A DNA stretch of 64,000 nucleotides from Octopus sinensis (Eukaryota), in NCBI RefSeq assembly GCF_006345805.1, contig NC_043002.1:27838001-27902000 (forward strand). The letters run 5' to 3'. Under the pieces are notes generated by a model. It was given only the letters and a program-made list of their open reading frames with translations. It did not search any database and had not been told where the DNA came from. Of the stretch, positions 11,735 through 25,578 are shown one piece after another. Within the stretch, counting starts at the first letter, position 1. Each line of letters starts with the position of its first letter. A program made the translations under genes and the position numbers.

Positions 11735-14485
11735 AATAGGAAAATAGAGATAAATCAATTAATAATTATATATATCGATTACAAAAATAGACATAATCCC
11801 CGACAGCTGTTTCGATTCACACTTTAAAGATTTTAATTTAAATAATTAAATCATTGTGAAGTAAAATCTCATCGGAGCTACAAAAAAGATATACCATTAC
11901 ATATTTATCTGTTAGGTGTACGGAACATTTCATCTGAGTATTATTTTATGGATAAATTTAGTATAAACCATATAAAGGGAGGTAATGGTGTATATTTAGA
12001 AAAAAGTGCATATGTAATATAATATATAATATACCCTTGATAATCTATAGAAAGTATAGAGATAAATAGTATCATTCAAACGTGGTTGAATGATATTATT
12101 TATCTCTATTAATTTACCGTGTATTTAAGTATCATATTAATATTGGGGTACATGGGTTTATAATAGTTTAAGTAATAATGGTGTATAAATTTCTAAGTAA
12201 AAATAAAGAATGGATAGAGTTATAGATATATTCATATATATTTGAATGTATATATAGATATAAATACATTCAATATTTATACATATATAAAAATACATAA
12301 AAATACATAAAAATTTAAAAAATAAAGATAATTCGGCACGTAAATTATCTCATCTTGCATATGTACTTACATATATTTACATGCTCATACATAATAAATA
12401 AATGTTAATATCTGTACAGAAATCACATGCAGAAAAATTGTATGAATATATAGTTTTGTCAGTAATATGTTACTACATAGTTTCATAGAAAAAAATTACT
12501 TATGTTCAAATAGAGTTCAGTAAAAATACAATAGTAAATAAATAAAAATGTATTTATTATACGTAGTTATTTTAGCAAAAAACTGACACACCCCAATCTA
12601 TTTTGTATTAATCAAATAAGTTAAAGAGAGTCTATTGGTTATATGTTTTAGAAATAAGTAGCGTTTCATTGATTTAGGGATCATTAACGGTAAGGTGAAA
12701 TATAATAAAATATAATAAATTTTATAGTTTTTTAGTTTAGGGGACATCATACTTATTTGTGCAAAAAATATAGTGGTCAAGGGGAGGTAAATATGGGTAG
12801 TTAATTTATCTTCGGAATAACAGAAAATACTTTTACCTCTCCTGACTACTATATTTTTGCACACATAAGCATGTTATCCCCTACACTAAAAAAAAACTAC
12901 AAAATTTTTTCTTTCATATAAGATATTTTTCCTTGCTCTCTTATTCTATACACATAATATATCAACTCTGTTATTTTATTTTGTTTCTTTATTTACTTAT
13001 TTATTATATTTTACATTACAGGTAATGATCCCTAAATAAATGAAACGCTACTTATTTCTAAAACGTATGACCAATAGATTCTCTTTAACTTATTTGATTA
13101 ATACAAAATAGATTGAGTCGTATCAGTTTTTTTACCAAAATAAGTACGTATAATAAATACATTTTTATTTATTACTAGCAGTATCGCTCGGCGTTGCTCG
13201 GGTTTGTAAGGGAAATAACTATATAAGCATTTTTAGAGAGTTGTAGCCAAAAAATAGCAAAAAAATGCATTAAAAATGGAAAAAAAGTTATGGTAAATTT
13301 TTTTTTAAATCGTTGACTCATCGTAGACATTTTCTGTTTTGGTGTCTTCAAGCCATGAAGTCGTTGTTCTAAAAGAACGCTGGTCTCCTTGACAACGCTT
13401 TACGACGTTTATTTCCTTACACTCCCTTCCCCACAGCTTCACGAGGGAGGGAAGAAGGGGGAGAAGCAACACAGGTGCAGGTGTGACCATGGACGCCAAC
13501 TCCGCCGCCATCGACACACGAAAAAATATGCGTTAAAATGGAAAAAAATGATGTTAAATTATTTTTAAAATCGTAGACTCATCGTAGACGCGCGCTAATA
13601 CCCAGACAGGCTCGATATGAATCACGACTATAAGATACCCGAATTTGGTTAAACTGCACTGCAAAATGTGGGAGTAGTTAGGAATCTAAATCGTAGGAGA
13701 CAGATACTCACGCAACTACAGTTTTATATATATAGATTTACTATTGTATTTTTACTAAACTCTATTTGAACATCAACAAATTTTTTCTATGAATCTAATT
13801 AGTAACATATTACTGACACAATTGTATGTTCATACAATTTTTCTGTATGTGATATTTACATGTGTTTATTATGTATGAACGTGTAAAATATATGTAAGTA
13901 CATATGCAAGATGAGATAATTTACGTGCCCATTCATTTATATTTTTTTATATATATTCTTTATGTATTTTTATATATGTATAAATATTTGAATGTATTTA
14001 TATCTATATATGCATTCAAATATATATGAATATATCTATAACTCTATCCATTGATTATTTTTATTTACGAATTTATACACCATTATTACTTAAATTTTTA
14101 GAAACACAAGTACCCCAATATTATGATATTAAATACACGGTTAATTACTATATATTATTTATCTCTACACTTTTTAATGATTACCCAGAGTATATTATAA
14201 TTTATATTACATATGTACATTTTTTCTAAATATACACACTACTTACCTCCTTATAAGGTTTATACCAAATTTATCCATAAAAAATACTCAGCTGAAATGT
14301 TCCGTACACTTAACACTTAAAAAATTAATGGTATTTCTTTTTTACTACCTCCGTCGAGATTCTACTTTAAATGATTTCAATTAAAATCTTTAAAGTGTGA
14401 ATGGAAACAGCTGTCGGTGATTAGTCTACTTTTATAATTAATAAATGGAATTATTAATTGATTTATCTCTATTTTATTATTTTCT
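11735..14485. mobile_element. Old fold-back PLE-like element (inverted arms ~11735-12720 and ~12990-14485)
   Basis: Arms visibly reverse-complementary, e.g. 12601-12690 vs 13020-13110 and 12180-12300 vs 13960-14100; decayed HHR motifs (..GAAA CAGCTGTC GG) near both outer ends. Confidence 0.75.
13175..13736 (-). mobile_element. Non-autonomous Helitron
   Basis: Minus strand begins TCTATATATATAAAA and ends with the subterminal hairpin CCCGAGCAACGCCGAG..CTAG, inserted between A and T; interrupts the right arm of the fold-back. Confidence 0.88.
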
Positions 14486-14493
14486 TACATATA

Positions 14494-14582
14494 TACTCTT
14501 TTACTCTTTTACTTGTTTCAGTCATTTGACTGCGGCCATGCTGGAGCACCGCCTTTAGTCGAGAAAATCGACCCCGGGACTA
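14494..14582 (-). mobile_element. SINE family A, 3' tail fragment
   Basis: tactcttttacttgtttcagtcatttgactgcggccatgctggagcaccgcc. Confidence 0.85.
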
Positions 14583-14809
14583 CCCCGCAAATACGCGAGA
14601 TATAAATGAAATACTTACTCATACCCATGCCGCTGAAGAGGGGAAAATTTCTTAGGAATTAACCCCAAAATTGGACCAATACGGTAATAACGAGTTTTTT
14701 AGAGATTTCTATCGGTTTGTTTCGAGACGCATAAATTATAATGGTTATCGACAGAATTTTTTGTTTCGGCATATTTGGCATTAGAATTTTTCTTCTGCCC
14801 TTATCTTGT

Positions 14810-14879
<70 letters not shown>

Positions 14880-15261
14880 CTAACAGCCTTCTCTTCAACA
14901 GGATCAATGATGGCGGTTGAGGAACATGTTCAGTCCAGATGACCTGATGAACAATAAAGAAAAACATACATTACGTATATACTCAACAGTAAAAACAGTA
15001 AACTGCAAGGACTAATAGAAGAACTGAACAATTGCTCTAAGTGTACAGCTGTTACAAATTTGGTTGAATGACTTACTTAAACAGAGACTTGGAAGAGAAG
15101 TACTCCTCATACCAGAAAAATAGTTTTGCATGGTTACATGTCCTGCAAGCCGGACAATGCCAGCAACTAACACCAACTGACAGGAATAGCACCTCTCCTG
15201 GACTTGCGATAAGTATCTCATCTAGAAGACAATATCTTTGCTATTCAAGAACAGGAGATAG

Positions 15262-15674
15262 CTCTTTTACTTGTTTCAGTCATTTGACTGTGGCCATGCT
15301 AGAGCACCGCCTTTAGTCGAGCTAATCGACCCCAAGACTTATTCTTTGTAAGCCTAGTACTTATTCTATCGGTCTCTTTTGCCGGACCGCTAAGTTACGG
15401 GGGCGTAAATACACCAGCATCGGTTGTCAAGCGATGTTGGGGGGACAAACACAGACAAACAAACATATACACATACATACATATATATATGTGTGTGTGT
15501 GTGTGTGTATACGACGGGCTTCTTTCAGTTTCCATCTACCAAATCCACTCACAAGGCTTTGGTCGGCCCGAGGCTATAGTAGAAGACACTTGCCCAAGGT
15601 GCCATGCAGTGAGACTGAACCCGGAACCATGTGGTTCGTAAGCAAGCCACTTACCACACAGCTACTCCAACGCC
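15262..15674 (-). mobile_element. SINE family A
   Basis: Full body, homologous to 62796-63241. Confidence 0.9.
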
Positions 15675-17350
15675 TATAGCCACTTACCATACAGCCACTC
15701 CTACAAATATTTGATTAACACAAGAGATACAGGTGCCTCTAAATCTCTAGGAGGTGTTAGAAAGTACCGATTATACCATACTAGTGTGGACGATATCATT
15801 CATACTATCAAGAACTTCCGCAAAATTTCTGCAAGTTACTACTTCTCCATGAGACATGACAATGTTCTCAAGACCGATTATAATGTACGCAAGGATTGTA
15901 TTAGCGGCCATGCGAAAGGCACACTATTACCAGAGATTATCCACACCTTTAAAAATAAAGAATACTGGAGGAAAATACCAATAAACTACAGAAATTCTAC
16001 GTAAGCACAACATACCAGATATTATCAGCCCAGCTGATGCAAATATATCTTTAAAAGTGAGGGGGGAAAGAGAACATCTACACGGAACTAACGAAAATAC
16101 TGCGGCTCTTATATACCCTTTTTACTCTGTTACTCTTTTACTGGTTTCAGTCATTTGACTGCGGCCATGCTGCAGCACCGCCTTTAATCGAGCAACTCGA
16201 ACTCCGGACTTATTCTTTTGTAAGCCCAGTACTTATTCTATCGGTCTCTTTTGCCGAACCGCTAAGTTACGGGGACATAAACACACCAGCATCGGTTGTC
16301 AAGCAATGCTAGGGGGGCAAACACAGATACACAAACACACACACACGCATATATAAATATACATATATAAGACGGGCTTCTTTCAGTTTCCATCTACCAA
16401 ATCCACTCACAAGGCTTTGGTTGGCCCGAGGCTATAGTATAAGACACTTCCCCAAGGTGCCACGCAGTGGAACTGAACCCGGAACCATGTGGTTCGTAAG
16501 CAAGCCACTTACCACACAGCTACTCCAACGCCTATAGCCACTTACCATACAGCCACTCCTACAAATATTTGATTAACACAAGAGATACAGGTGCCTCTAA
16601 ATCTCTAGGAGGTGTTAGAAAGTACCGATTATACCATACTAGTGTGGACGATATCATTCATACTATCAAGAACTTCCGCAAAATTTCTGCAAGTTACTAC
16701 TTCTCCATGAGACATGACAATGTTCTCAAGACCGATTATAATGTACGCAAGGATTGTATTAGCGGCCATGCGAAAGGCACACTATTACCAGAGATTATCC
16801 ACACCTTTAAAAATAAAGAATACTGGAGGAAAATACCAATAAACTACAGAAATTCTACGTAAGCACAACATACCAGATATTATCAGCCCAGCTGATGCAA
16901 ATATATCTTTAAAAGTGAGGGGGGAAAGAGAACATCTACACGGAACTAACGAAAATACTGCGGCTCTTATATACCCTTTTTACTCTGTTACTCTTTTACT
17001 GGTTTCAGTCATTTGACTGCGGCCATGCTGCAGCACCGCCTTTAATCGAGCAACTCGAACTCCGGACTTATTCTTTTGTAAGCCCAGTACTTATTCTATC
17101 GGTCTCTTTTGCCGAACCGCTAAGTTACGGGGACATAAACACACCAGCATCGGTTGTCAAGCAATGCTAGGGGGGCAAACACAGATACACAAACACACAC
17201 ACGCATATATAAATATACATATATAAGACGGGCTTCTTTCAGTTTCCATCTACCAAATCCACTCACAAGGCTTTGGTTGGCCCGAGGCTATAGTATAAGA
17301 CACTTCCCCAAGGTGCCACGCAGTGGAACTGAACCCGGAACCATGTGGTT
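15637..17350 (+). repeat. Tandem duplication, 858/856-bp units (15637-16494 and 16495-17350)
   Basis: Constant 858 offset at every checkpoint (e.g. ORFs at 15711 and 16569); the only difference I found is a 2-bp TA slip near 16355. Confidence 0.95.
16116..16532 (-). mobile_element. SINE family A, chimeric copy
   Basis: Body matches the 16974-17388 copy, head matches the 15262-15674 copy. Confidence 0.88.
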
Positions 17351-17388
17351 GGTAAATAAGCTACTTACCACACAGCCACTCCTGCGCC
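16974..17388 (-). mobile_element. SINE family A
   Basis: Full body ending in the reverse complement of the GGCGCAGGAGTGGCTG head. Confidence 0.9.
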
Positions 17389-17922
17389 TATATGTGGATA
17401 TAGTTCTTTTTTTTTTATTCTCATAGGTGCACTGTGCTATATAACAACTAATCTGCATAGAAACCTGAAAGTGCTTGAGTTCTCCAAATAAGAGCAGGGG
17501 AACTTGGTAAGCATTCTCATAATTCAATCAATCAGATGGGATTAAAACTACGTAAAACATTTCAGTGATTTTTTCTATTTGAGGTACTTGGGCGAACATA
17601 TGCTAACAGCCACATATGGAATAGATATACACTCATACACATAAACATTAGTGAAACATACACACCTATGTTCTGATGTGACTGCTCCTCTACGTGTGCA
17701 GGTTTATTCAGACGAACAGCGCTTAGGCATATATGCATACATCAACTATTTCAAGTAACCACAAACTCCAGCAGCTATCTTCGATTATCACCTTGAATTC
17801 TCGATTATCGGCTTGAATTCTGCGAAGGAAAAGTCTTAAAATAAATCCCAAAGATAAATACACAGAGGCACACATACATACATACATACATACATACATA
17901 CATACATACATACATACATACA

Positions 17923-17953
<31 letters not shown>

Positions 17954-19275
17954 TTGTATGGTTTGTTAGCGTTCCCGTTTACTGGCAGTTGAAGAAAAGA
18001 GTTCGAGTGAATAGTTACCAGTCTTTAAAAAATGAGTTTTAAAATAAATTTTATCGATCGAAAGTTACAAAGCGCTGTCCCAGCATGGCCGCAGTTTAGT
18101 AATTGAATCGCATAAAAAGAAGAGAAATAAAAAATAATCTTGAACTATATTGTCTAATATATCTTTCATTTTCAAAGATATTAACGTGTGAATTTAGTGA
18201 AAATTTATCTGTCATTTCTATCTGATCAGGATTCCATTTAATATTGTTTGGAAGGCGATTGTAATTAAGAATATATTAATGTAACGATAGTCATGACTGA
18301 ATGTATTTCAATATTAAATATTGGAATTTTTATAAAGATCTTAATTTGTTTCATTGTTCTGTCGAAATTACAAACACTTCTGCCTACGCCAGTTTCAAAT
18401 AGATTTATAATAAACATTATAACAAACATGGGGAAAACAAACAAGCCAAATATACTAATAGATTATCAATGAATAGAATGAAGCGATCCAAATCCTCAAT
18501 ATTAATACTTTTGTTTATTAGATGAAACCTTAATTATATTTTGTTGTATGATAAACATATCAATACTGTTTACAGGTTGTTGCTGCTATTGTTGTTTAGT
18601 AGCACTATGAAACAGAAACAGTCGGCTTAATGATAAACTGCGCTCTGTTATCAATTGATTCATAATTCTCACTAACAATTTAGTGGTAGAGAGCGGGGGA
18701 ACTGAAAGATAGATAGAGTGAGAGGGAGAAAGAGATGTATTACCATTACATTCATATAAATGCAAGTAACTAGCTTTAAAATGTTATGTATATACGTATG
18801 TTTATGCATGTATGCATGCATGCATTATGTACGCATGCATGTATGTATGGATGGATGCATGCATGGATGAATGGATGGATGGGTGGATAGGTAGATGAAT
18901 GTATGTATGTATGTATGTATGTATGTATGTATGTATGTATGTGTGTGTGTATGTCACTTCTGTTTTTAATCATTTACATTCCACCTCTGAAGAAGCTAGT
19001 TTATAACACACAAAGCTCCATTGTTGAAATGTTGATAATGAAAACAATGTCACATTTTAAACCTGAGAAAAGTGTTGCAGTGCTTTACTGTTGCGCTTAC
19101 AGATTGTATTTGCAATGTGTGAGTCAGTTGGTTGATTTTTTTTTTTCTGAAAATCCAAGCGATGTATGTATGTATGTATGTATGTATGTATGTATGTATG
19201 TATGTATGTATGTATGTATGTATGTATGTATGTTCATTTATGTATGTACGTGTGTGTATATATATATATGTATGT

Positions 19276-19607
19276 GATTATTCAGTTTATATTTAAATGA
19301 TAAACTTCTGGAAAGTTTTACAGATTTTTACAATTCCAGTGATGGATTGGATCTGTAGCCTTCGGATTAGCTTTCTCCTTTCTGGTTTTGAGAAGCCTAA
19401 TTTCTCAAGATTGGTATTTAGGTAGTGTATTACATATCCCAGGGCCCCAATCTGGATAGAGAAATTGTAGATTTCTCAATAGTTCAGCATAGGTGTTCTC
19501 TTTTCCACTGATCTTCAGCTTTATGTTAACACCCGCTGGGAAGCTAATTTCTACAACTGCGCACAATTTCTCTTCTCTATTTCAAATCATTATATCACGT
19601 CTGTTGT
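19276..19607 (-). mobile_element. RLE-type non-LTR retrotransposon, 3' fragment
   Basis: Minus-strand translation DIMI*NREEKLCAVVEISFP..NIKLKISGKENTYAELLRNLQFLYPD..GALG..LQIQSITG.VKICKTFQKFII*, matching the PD-(D/E)xK restriction-like endonuclease C-terminus. Confidence 0.7.
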
Positions 19608-19853
19608 GCTTTATGTATGTATGTATGTATGTATGTATGTATGTATGTATGTATGTATGTATGTATGTATGTATGTATGTATGTATATGTATGAATGAAT
19701 GTATCTATGTATGAATGAATGAATGTATGTATGTATGATGTGAACTGATTTTCTTTTAGATACATTAACAGCGTTTTGTTTTAATATTATAATATTCTAC
19801 AGAATTTGTATTTAAGTTAACACTATTAATCATAGATAGAATTACCTTAAAAC

Positions 19854-20312
19854 TACATGAAATAGGTTTGTGGATAGAAAAGTCAGGATCAGCTGGACAA
19901 GTTCCAATCCTGTGCTGAGATTTCATCAAAGAACGATTGTTCTTTTTTCACTGAAGACGGAAACACTGTTCATAGAACTATTATTATCAAGAGCTTTGAT
20001 AAATTGGACAGGATGATTTATATATCAATCTATCCGATGTACATGAAATAGGTTTGTGGACAGAAAAGACAGGATCAGCTGAACGAGTTCCAAACCTGTT
20101 CTGGGATTTCATCAAAGGACAATCATTCGTTTTCACTGAACTCAGAAACACTGTTTATAAAACTATTATTATCAAGAGCTTAAATAAATTGGACAGAATT
20201 ATTTATAAATCCTTCTGTCTTATCAACATGAAATAGGCCTGTGTACGGAAAAGACAGGATCAGCTGGACAAGATCCAATCTTGTGTTAGGATCTCATCAA
20301 AGAACTATCGTT
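19854..20312 (+). repeat. Diverged ~185-bp tandem repeat, about 2.5 units
   Basis: Units start (t/a)acatgaaatagg at ~19854, ~20040 and ~20225, each with gaaaag.caggatcagctg. Confidence 0.85.
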
Positions 20313-20314
20313 AT

Positions 20315-20421
<107 letters not shown>

Positions 20422-21817
20422 TATGTACGTATGTATATATATGTACATGTATATATATGTATATGTATATATATACACGTATATATGTATGCATGTATGT
20501 ATATATGTATATATGTGTGTATGTATGTACACATGCTCGCGCACACACACTCAAGTTGAAGCAAATAATGATATCCAGCTCACGTCCCTTTTGGTCAATA
20601 AGGATATAAGACAGAGTACTTGTTCGTGTGTCAGGTTTCATATCATCGTTTAAAAAGCCCATGAAGTTGGTCCCAGAGAATGGTCAGAGTTCATCAAGTG
20701 GGAAGCTAATAAAATAATGAAAATATAGACGAACATATATATATATATATATTTAACAGGTTCAAATATTTGAAGAAAATATCTCCAGAATCTTAATGTT
20801 CGCGTAGATCGCTTTGAATTTAACATATTTTAAAAATCTGAAAAGATTTATCTCATATATACACCAGTATATTTATAAACATGAGAACGTAGCTTCATGT
20901 TCACACACATATGAATATTCAAGTAGACACTGAAGTCGCTTTTAAAAATATCAAAACAGCGACAAATAATTTTTTTTTTAAATGTAAACACAAAGAAAAC
21001 TTTTCAAGCAACACTTTTATTTCCTATTATGTTATTCAACATAGAAGTGAAATAAATGAAGCCATTGGGTGGGAAATAAATACATTTATTTTTAGAATGG
21101 AAACTTTAGATTATGTCTTTCACAAGTCACATCGTATTTAACCAACTCTGATAACCGCAAAGCACCAAGAACTTTGCCACTTTTCTTGTGACCTCATTGA
21201 ATTTTTCAAAGACTAAAATAGTTAAATAAATCTCAAAGTAAGACGTATAAATCAGAAAATTTAATGACTAGAAAACTTAGATACGTAGAAGGAAACAAGT
21301 GCCAAGGTTTGGATTTTACACAGAAAAAAACGGTAACAATTAAAAATAAATTTGTAGTTTCCAAGCAATAAATATAATGTCAATAAACAAATGGGAAGTG
21401 AGGTAGGTAGGAAATTATGAAAGAAGAGAAAGAGAGACTTAATATAATACTTAGTTGTAAATAAAAGGATGAGGAAGTTATAATTTCTCTATATATGCGT
21501 TTGTGGTCTTTATATTTTCTCTGTATCACAATTAAACATTGTTGGATTACTTTTGATCAGAGGTGTACTAGAAAAGTGATAAGAGTTGCGAAGGCAAATT
21601 CAACATAAAGTTACTTGGCGAGTTAAAAAATAAAAATAAGATTGCCCGTTCACTAATCTTGTTTCGTTCATTTGCTTCTCCCATAAGTATTCTAGTTAAG
21701 CTTTTTGATATTCACTACATGAAATATATAAGCACAAATTTACATCAGTGTATTTCGATGCATAATTATTTCTAGTTAGTTTATCAATATTCACTCAAAT
21801 AAATATATTGAAACTAG

Positions 21818-21951
<134 letters not shown>

Positions 21952-22201
21952 CAGAGTGTGTGCATGTGATACACCCATGTATGTGTGTGTGTGTGTGTGT
22001 GTGCATCCACGTATATATATATATATTCGAAATGAGGAGTAGAGAGAGACAGCCGACAACTGTGGAAGGGTCGTTCTTTGTATTATTTGTCCTGTTTTCC
22101 ATTTGTATCTCTCGTTGTTTGTGTATTGAACTCATTTGTTTTCGTATTTCATGTTGTTTACTGTTGGTGACGTCTTGTACCCATATATGCATATATATAT
22201 A

Positions 22202-22305
<104 letters not shown>

Positions 22306-22394
22306 TTAGTAGAAATACATAAATTAGGGGCAGAAATACTTTCTAAGATATAGAGATGTAGAGCAGTCAATATTATAGAGGGGGCGATTTATGG

Positions 22395-22637
22395 GGTTAC
22401 CCTGGATTTTTCGCTCATAAGGGGTTTGGAGACAATCGTTTACCTTCGTGGTTCTTTTGTGACCTCAAAGTGGCGGCGCAACCGAAGCTCGATGACCAAT
22501 GGCAAAGGGAGATAATCATCTAGCGTTTACTTTTAAGGAGAAGCATTTCCACCTCCATATTTTGAAGAGGTCTTAGGCCAGCAGTGTTTGCGGTCTAAAG
22601 ATACGTCGTAAGGTTAAACCCTCTATGAGCAAGAAAC

Positions 22638-22640
<3 letters not shown>
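22395..22640. mobile_element. Possible MITE
   Basis: Imperfect inverted repeat ggatttttcgctcataaggggttt / aaaccctctatgagcaagaaaccc around a GC-richer core. Confidence 0.35.
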
Positions 22641-22677
<37 letters not shown>

Positions 22678-23249
22678 TATATATATCAGTTGAAGTCACT
22701 TGTCCAAGGGATACCGCGGAATGGGACTGACCCGCAACGAAGAGGCTGCAAAGTGAGTTTCTTGCTCACACAGCTATTTATATATAAACGTGTATTTGTA
22801 TATTCGTTATTGTCTCCATCAAGTCTGACAAGTTAATTGCTTCTATTTAGTGTTTCACTAATGACTACATTAAATATCATAGTCTTAACGTGACTATTGT
22901 TTAACTTCGACTAACTTATATTGAATAAAGAGAAAGAAATCAATGGCTTAATGAAGTATACATTCAAATTAGACACAACATTCTCTTTAATACAAGCAAA
23001 TTTCAATTCCATATATGACATAATATAAATCGGTGTGTATTTGTATCCGTAGCTCATTAATGTAACAAATGCACCAGATAAATCATGATTACTGACCGCA
23101 AAAATCAGTTTGGTCTAAATCCTTAAATCCTTTAAAATGTTTTAGCCCGAAGGCCGCGGCCATGCTGGGGCACCACCGCTGCAAACATGTTTTATAAATT
23201 AGTGTTAATTATGTTTTATAAATTAGTGCGGTCATTTCTTTTACAAGCC

Positions 23250-24150
23250 CACCGAAGCCGAGTCTGCTGTAAACTCGTTTTGCGACTCATTACATGAAGG
23301 TCTCAACGTCTTTTTTCTCCTGATGTATCCCTTCTTAATGTACAGTTGTTTTTGGCCGTCCCCATGTGATAAATACTGTGAAAATGGTTACATACCATAC
23401 AACAGACAATACATTTGTGTTGTTTGTTATTAATATTATTCAATTTAAATATTTAAATTAGACGATACAATCGACTGTTTTCTTCCCAAAATTTCTGAAT
23501 TTGTGTTTCTGTCAATAATGAATTACATTTAAATTATTGTTACATTTTCACAGAGTTTGAAAATCTTTCTTCACAACCAATAAGCAGTTAGGAACTACAA
23601 AATGTTCTCCACGCATTTTCAAGACACAATTTACATATAATTGGCAGTGTTTACTTTAAAATTCCTGCGATTTTACAAACATCGTGTACCGCCACTTACC
23701 AATTTCGCTTTCGTAACCCTTAGGATATGCGTAACTTTGAGAATCCTGCAAAAAGTAATGAGATGCTGCCGGACAATTACTTTTATCCAATAGCTAATGG
23801 ATGTTAAACATATTCTATCGCTCGGTGTCACACTGCCGTCCGCCTTTGCCTTTGGGATATTTTTATTTATTTATTTATTTTGTAGGGCTTTATATGTTAA
23901 ATGTATTCGGACCACGATTTCGATTTCAGAATTGCTCGATATTTTTGTGAGCTTTTCCCTACTTCAATAATCCATGAGTTTCAGTTTCCTCGAGTATAAA
24001 CCATTGTTTACACATCCAGTAGACAGTGCTTTGTTTACAGAAACATATGTCTCAAATTTATTTTGTTAAAACAGTGTTCGAAAGACACCAATTAATTATT
24101 TTGTGAATTGAATATCTGTCATACTGCTGGTTAAAGCAATTTCAATACTA
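23250..24150 (-). mobile_element. Possible highly decayed pogo/Tigger transposase
   Basis: Scattered minus-strand motifs weakly resembling the CENP-B HTH (VNKAL..W..LLK*GKA) and DDE region (NNTNVL); no TIR identified. Confidence 0.3.
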
Positions 24151-24578
24151 CCAACGTGAGACATTTACCCTTTACCAATAAACTAATGCACACTTAGCCA
24201 AGAAAACATTAAACTCATAAACTCTTAGGCAAGCAATCAATAAACTGAAACAATAAACCTGACAATTCATAACGATAGAAATATCCCAAGAAATTTAGCA
24301 AATAATTTATAAACAAAGAAAAAAGAAAGCAGCAATATAAACACAATGTAATAAGATAACAGACAAAAAATATTGCTGCCATAGAGAAGTCACACAAAGA
24401 GACATTTAGACAAAAAGTATAACAATAAAATGATTTTGAATACACATACAGACATAATATACATATATAAATGCAGATAAAAGACACACACAGAGAAGTG
24501 AGAGAGAGAGAGAGAGAGAGAGTGTGTGAGAGAGACTGACAGACATAGCAAGCAAGCAGAGTGACAGACAGACGAACC

Positions 24579-24661
<83 letters not shown>

Positions 24662-25110
24662 GGATGGATGGATGGATGGATGGATGGATGGATGGATGGA
24701 TGGATGGATGGATGGATGGATGTCAAGCAAGTTTTAAAATAATAGCAGATGATATTTCGAACTCAACTCAATAGTGAGAGCAGATACAAATAAATGTGTT
24801 GAACGGGACTTTGAAATTCAGCTGATGGCTCACTTAACCGAATCCAGATAAAACAAAATGCCACAGGTAAAAAAAAGTCATGGTAATAAAGTTATAGAAG
24901 AAAAGTCACAGGGGTTTTGTCCGGGGTGGGGTGTCCTAGGAGGTTTTGTCCTGAAGGGTTTGTCTGGATCCAATAAATTAATTGTGACTTTTTCCTTGCC
25001 AAAATTGACTTTATTACCGGTAACCCATATAACCAGTATTAAGTAAGCCATTAGTCCAAACATAAAGACCTAGCCGACAAGGACTTCATACAAGATAAAT
25101 CAAGAGAGAA

Positions 25111-25342
25111 GCCGGCGAGCTGGCAGAAACGTTAGCACGCCGAGCGAAAAGTTTATCGGTATTTCGTCTGCCGTAACGTTCTGAGTTCGAATTCCGCCGA
25201 GGTTGACTGTGTCTTTCATCCTTTCGGGGTCGATTAAATGAATACCAGTTACGCACTTGGGTCAATATAATCGACTTAATATGTTTGTCTGTCCTTGTTT
25301 GTCCCCTCTATGTGCAGCCCCTTGTGGGCAGTAAAGAAATAG
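25111..25342 (+). mobile_element. SINE family B, full length with TSD
   Basis: Head gccggcgagctggcagaaacgttagc, B box gagttcgaattcc; 15-17-bp TSD (ag)ataaatcaagagaga at 25093-25109 and 25341-25357. Confidence 0.92.
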
Positions 25343-25424
25343 ATAAATCAAGAGAGATCAATAAAAGTTAGACATAGATAAAGATGTGTACGTATTTATA
25401 CACACTTATGTATGTATATGAATG

Positions 25425-25489
<65 letters not shown>

Positions 25490-25546
25490 GTATGTATATG
25501 TATATGTATGTATCCATATGCATATATATATGTACATACATTTATT

Positions 25547-25578
<32 letters not shown>

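Noticed and set aside
19854-20312. Regularly spaced repeats as a possible CRISPR-like array
   Set aside because: Whole units are homologous with no unique spacers, eukaryotic context, no cas genes
23700-23745. 46-nt minus-strand segment with good splice sites (ttttgcag|G..ATTG|gtaagt), two open frames
   Set aside because: Lies within a region with scattered pogo/Tigger-like motifs and has no supported partner exon; kept only as a weak possibility
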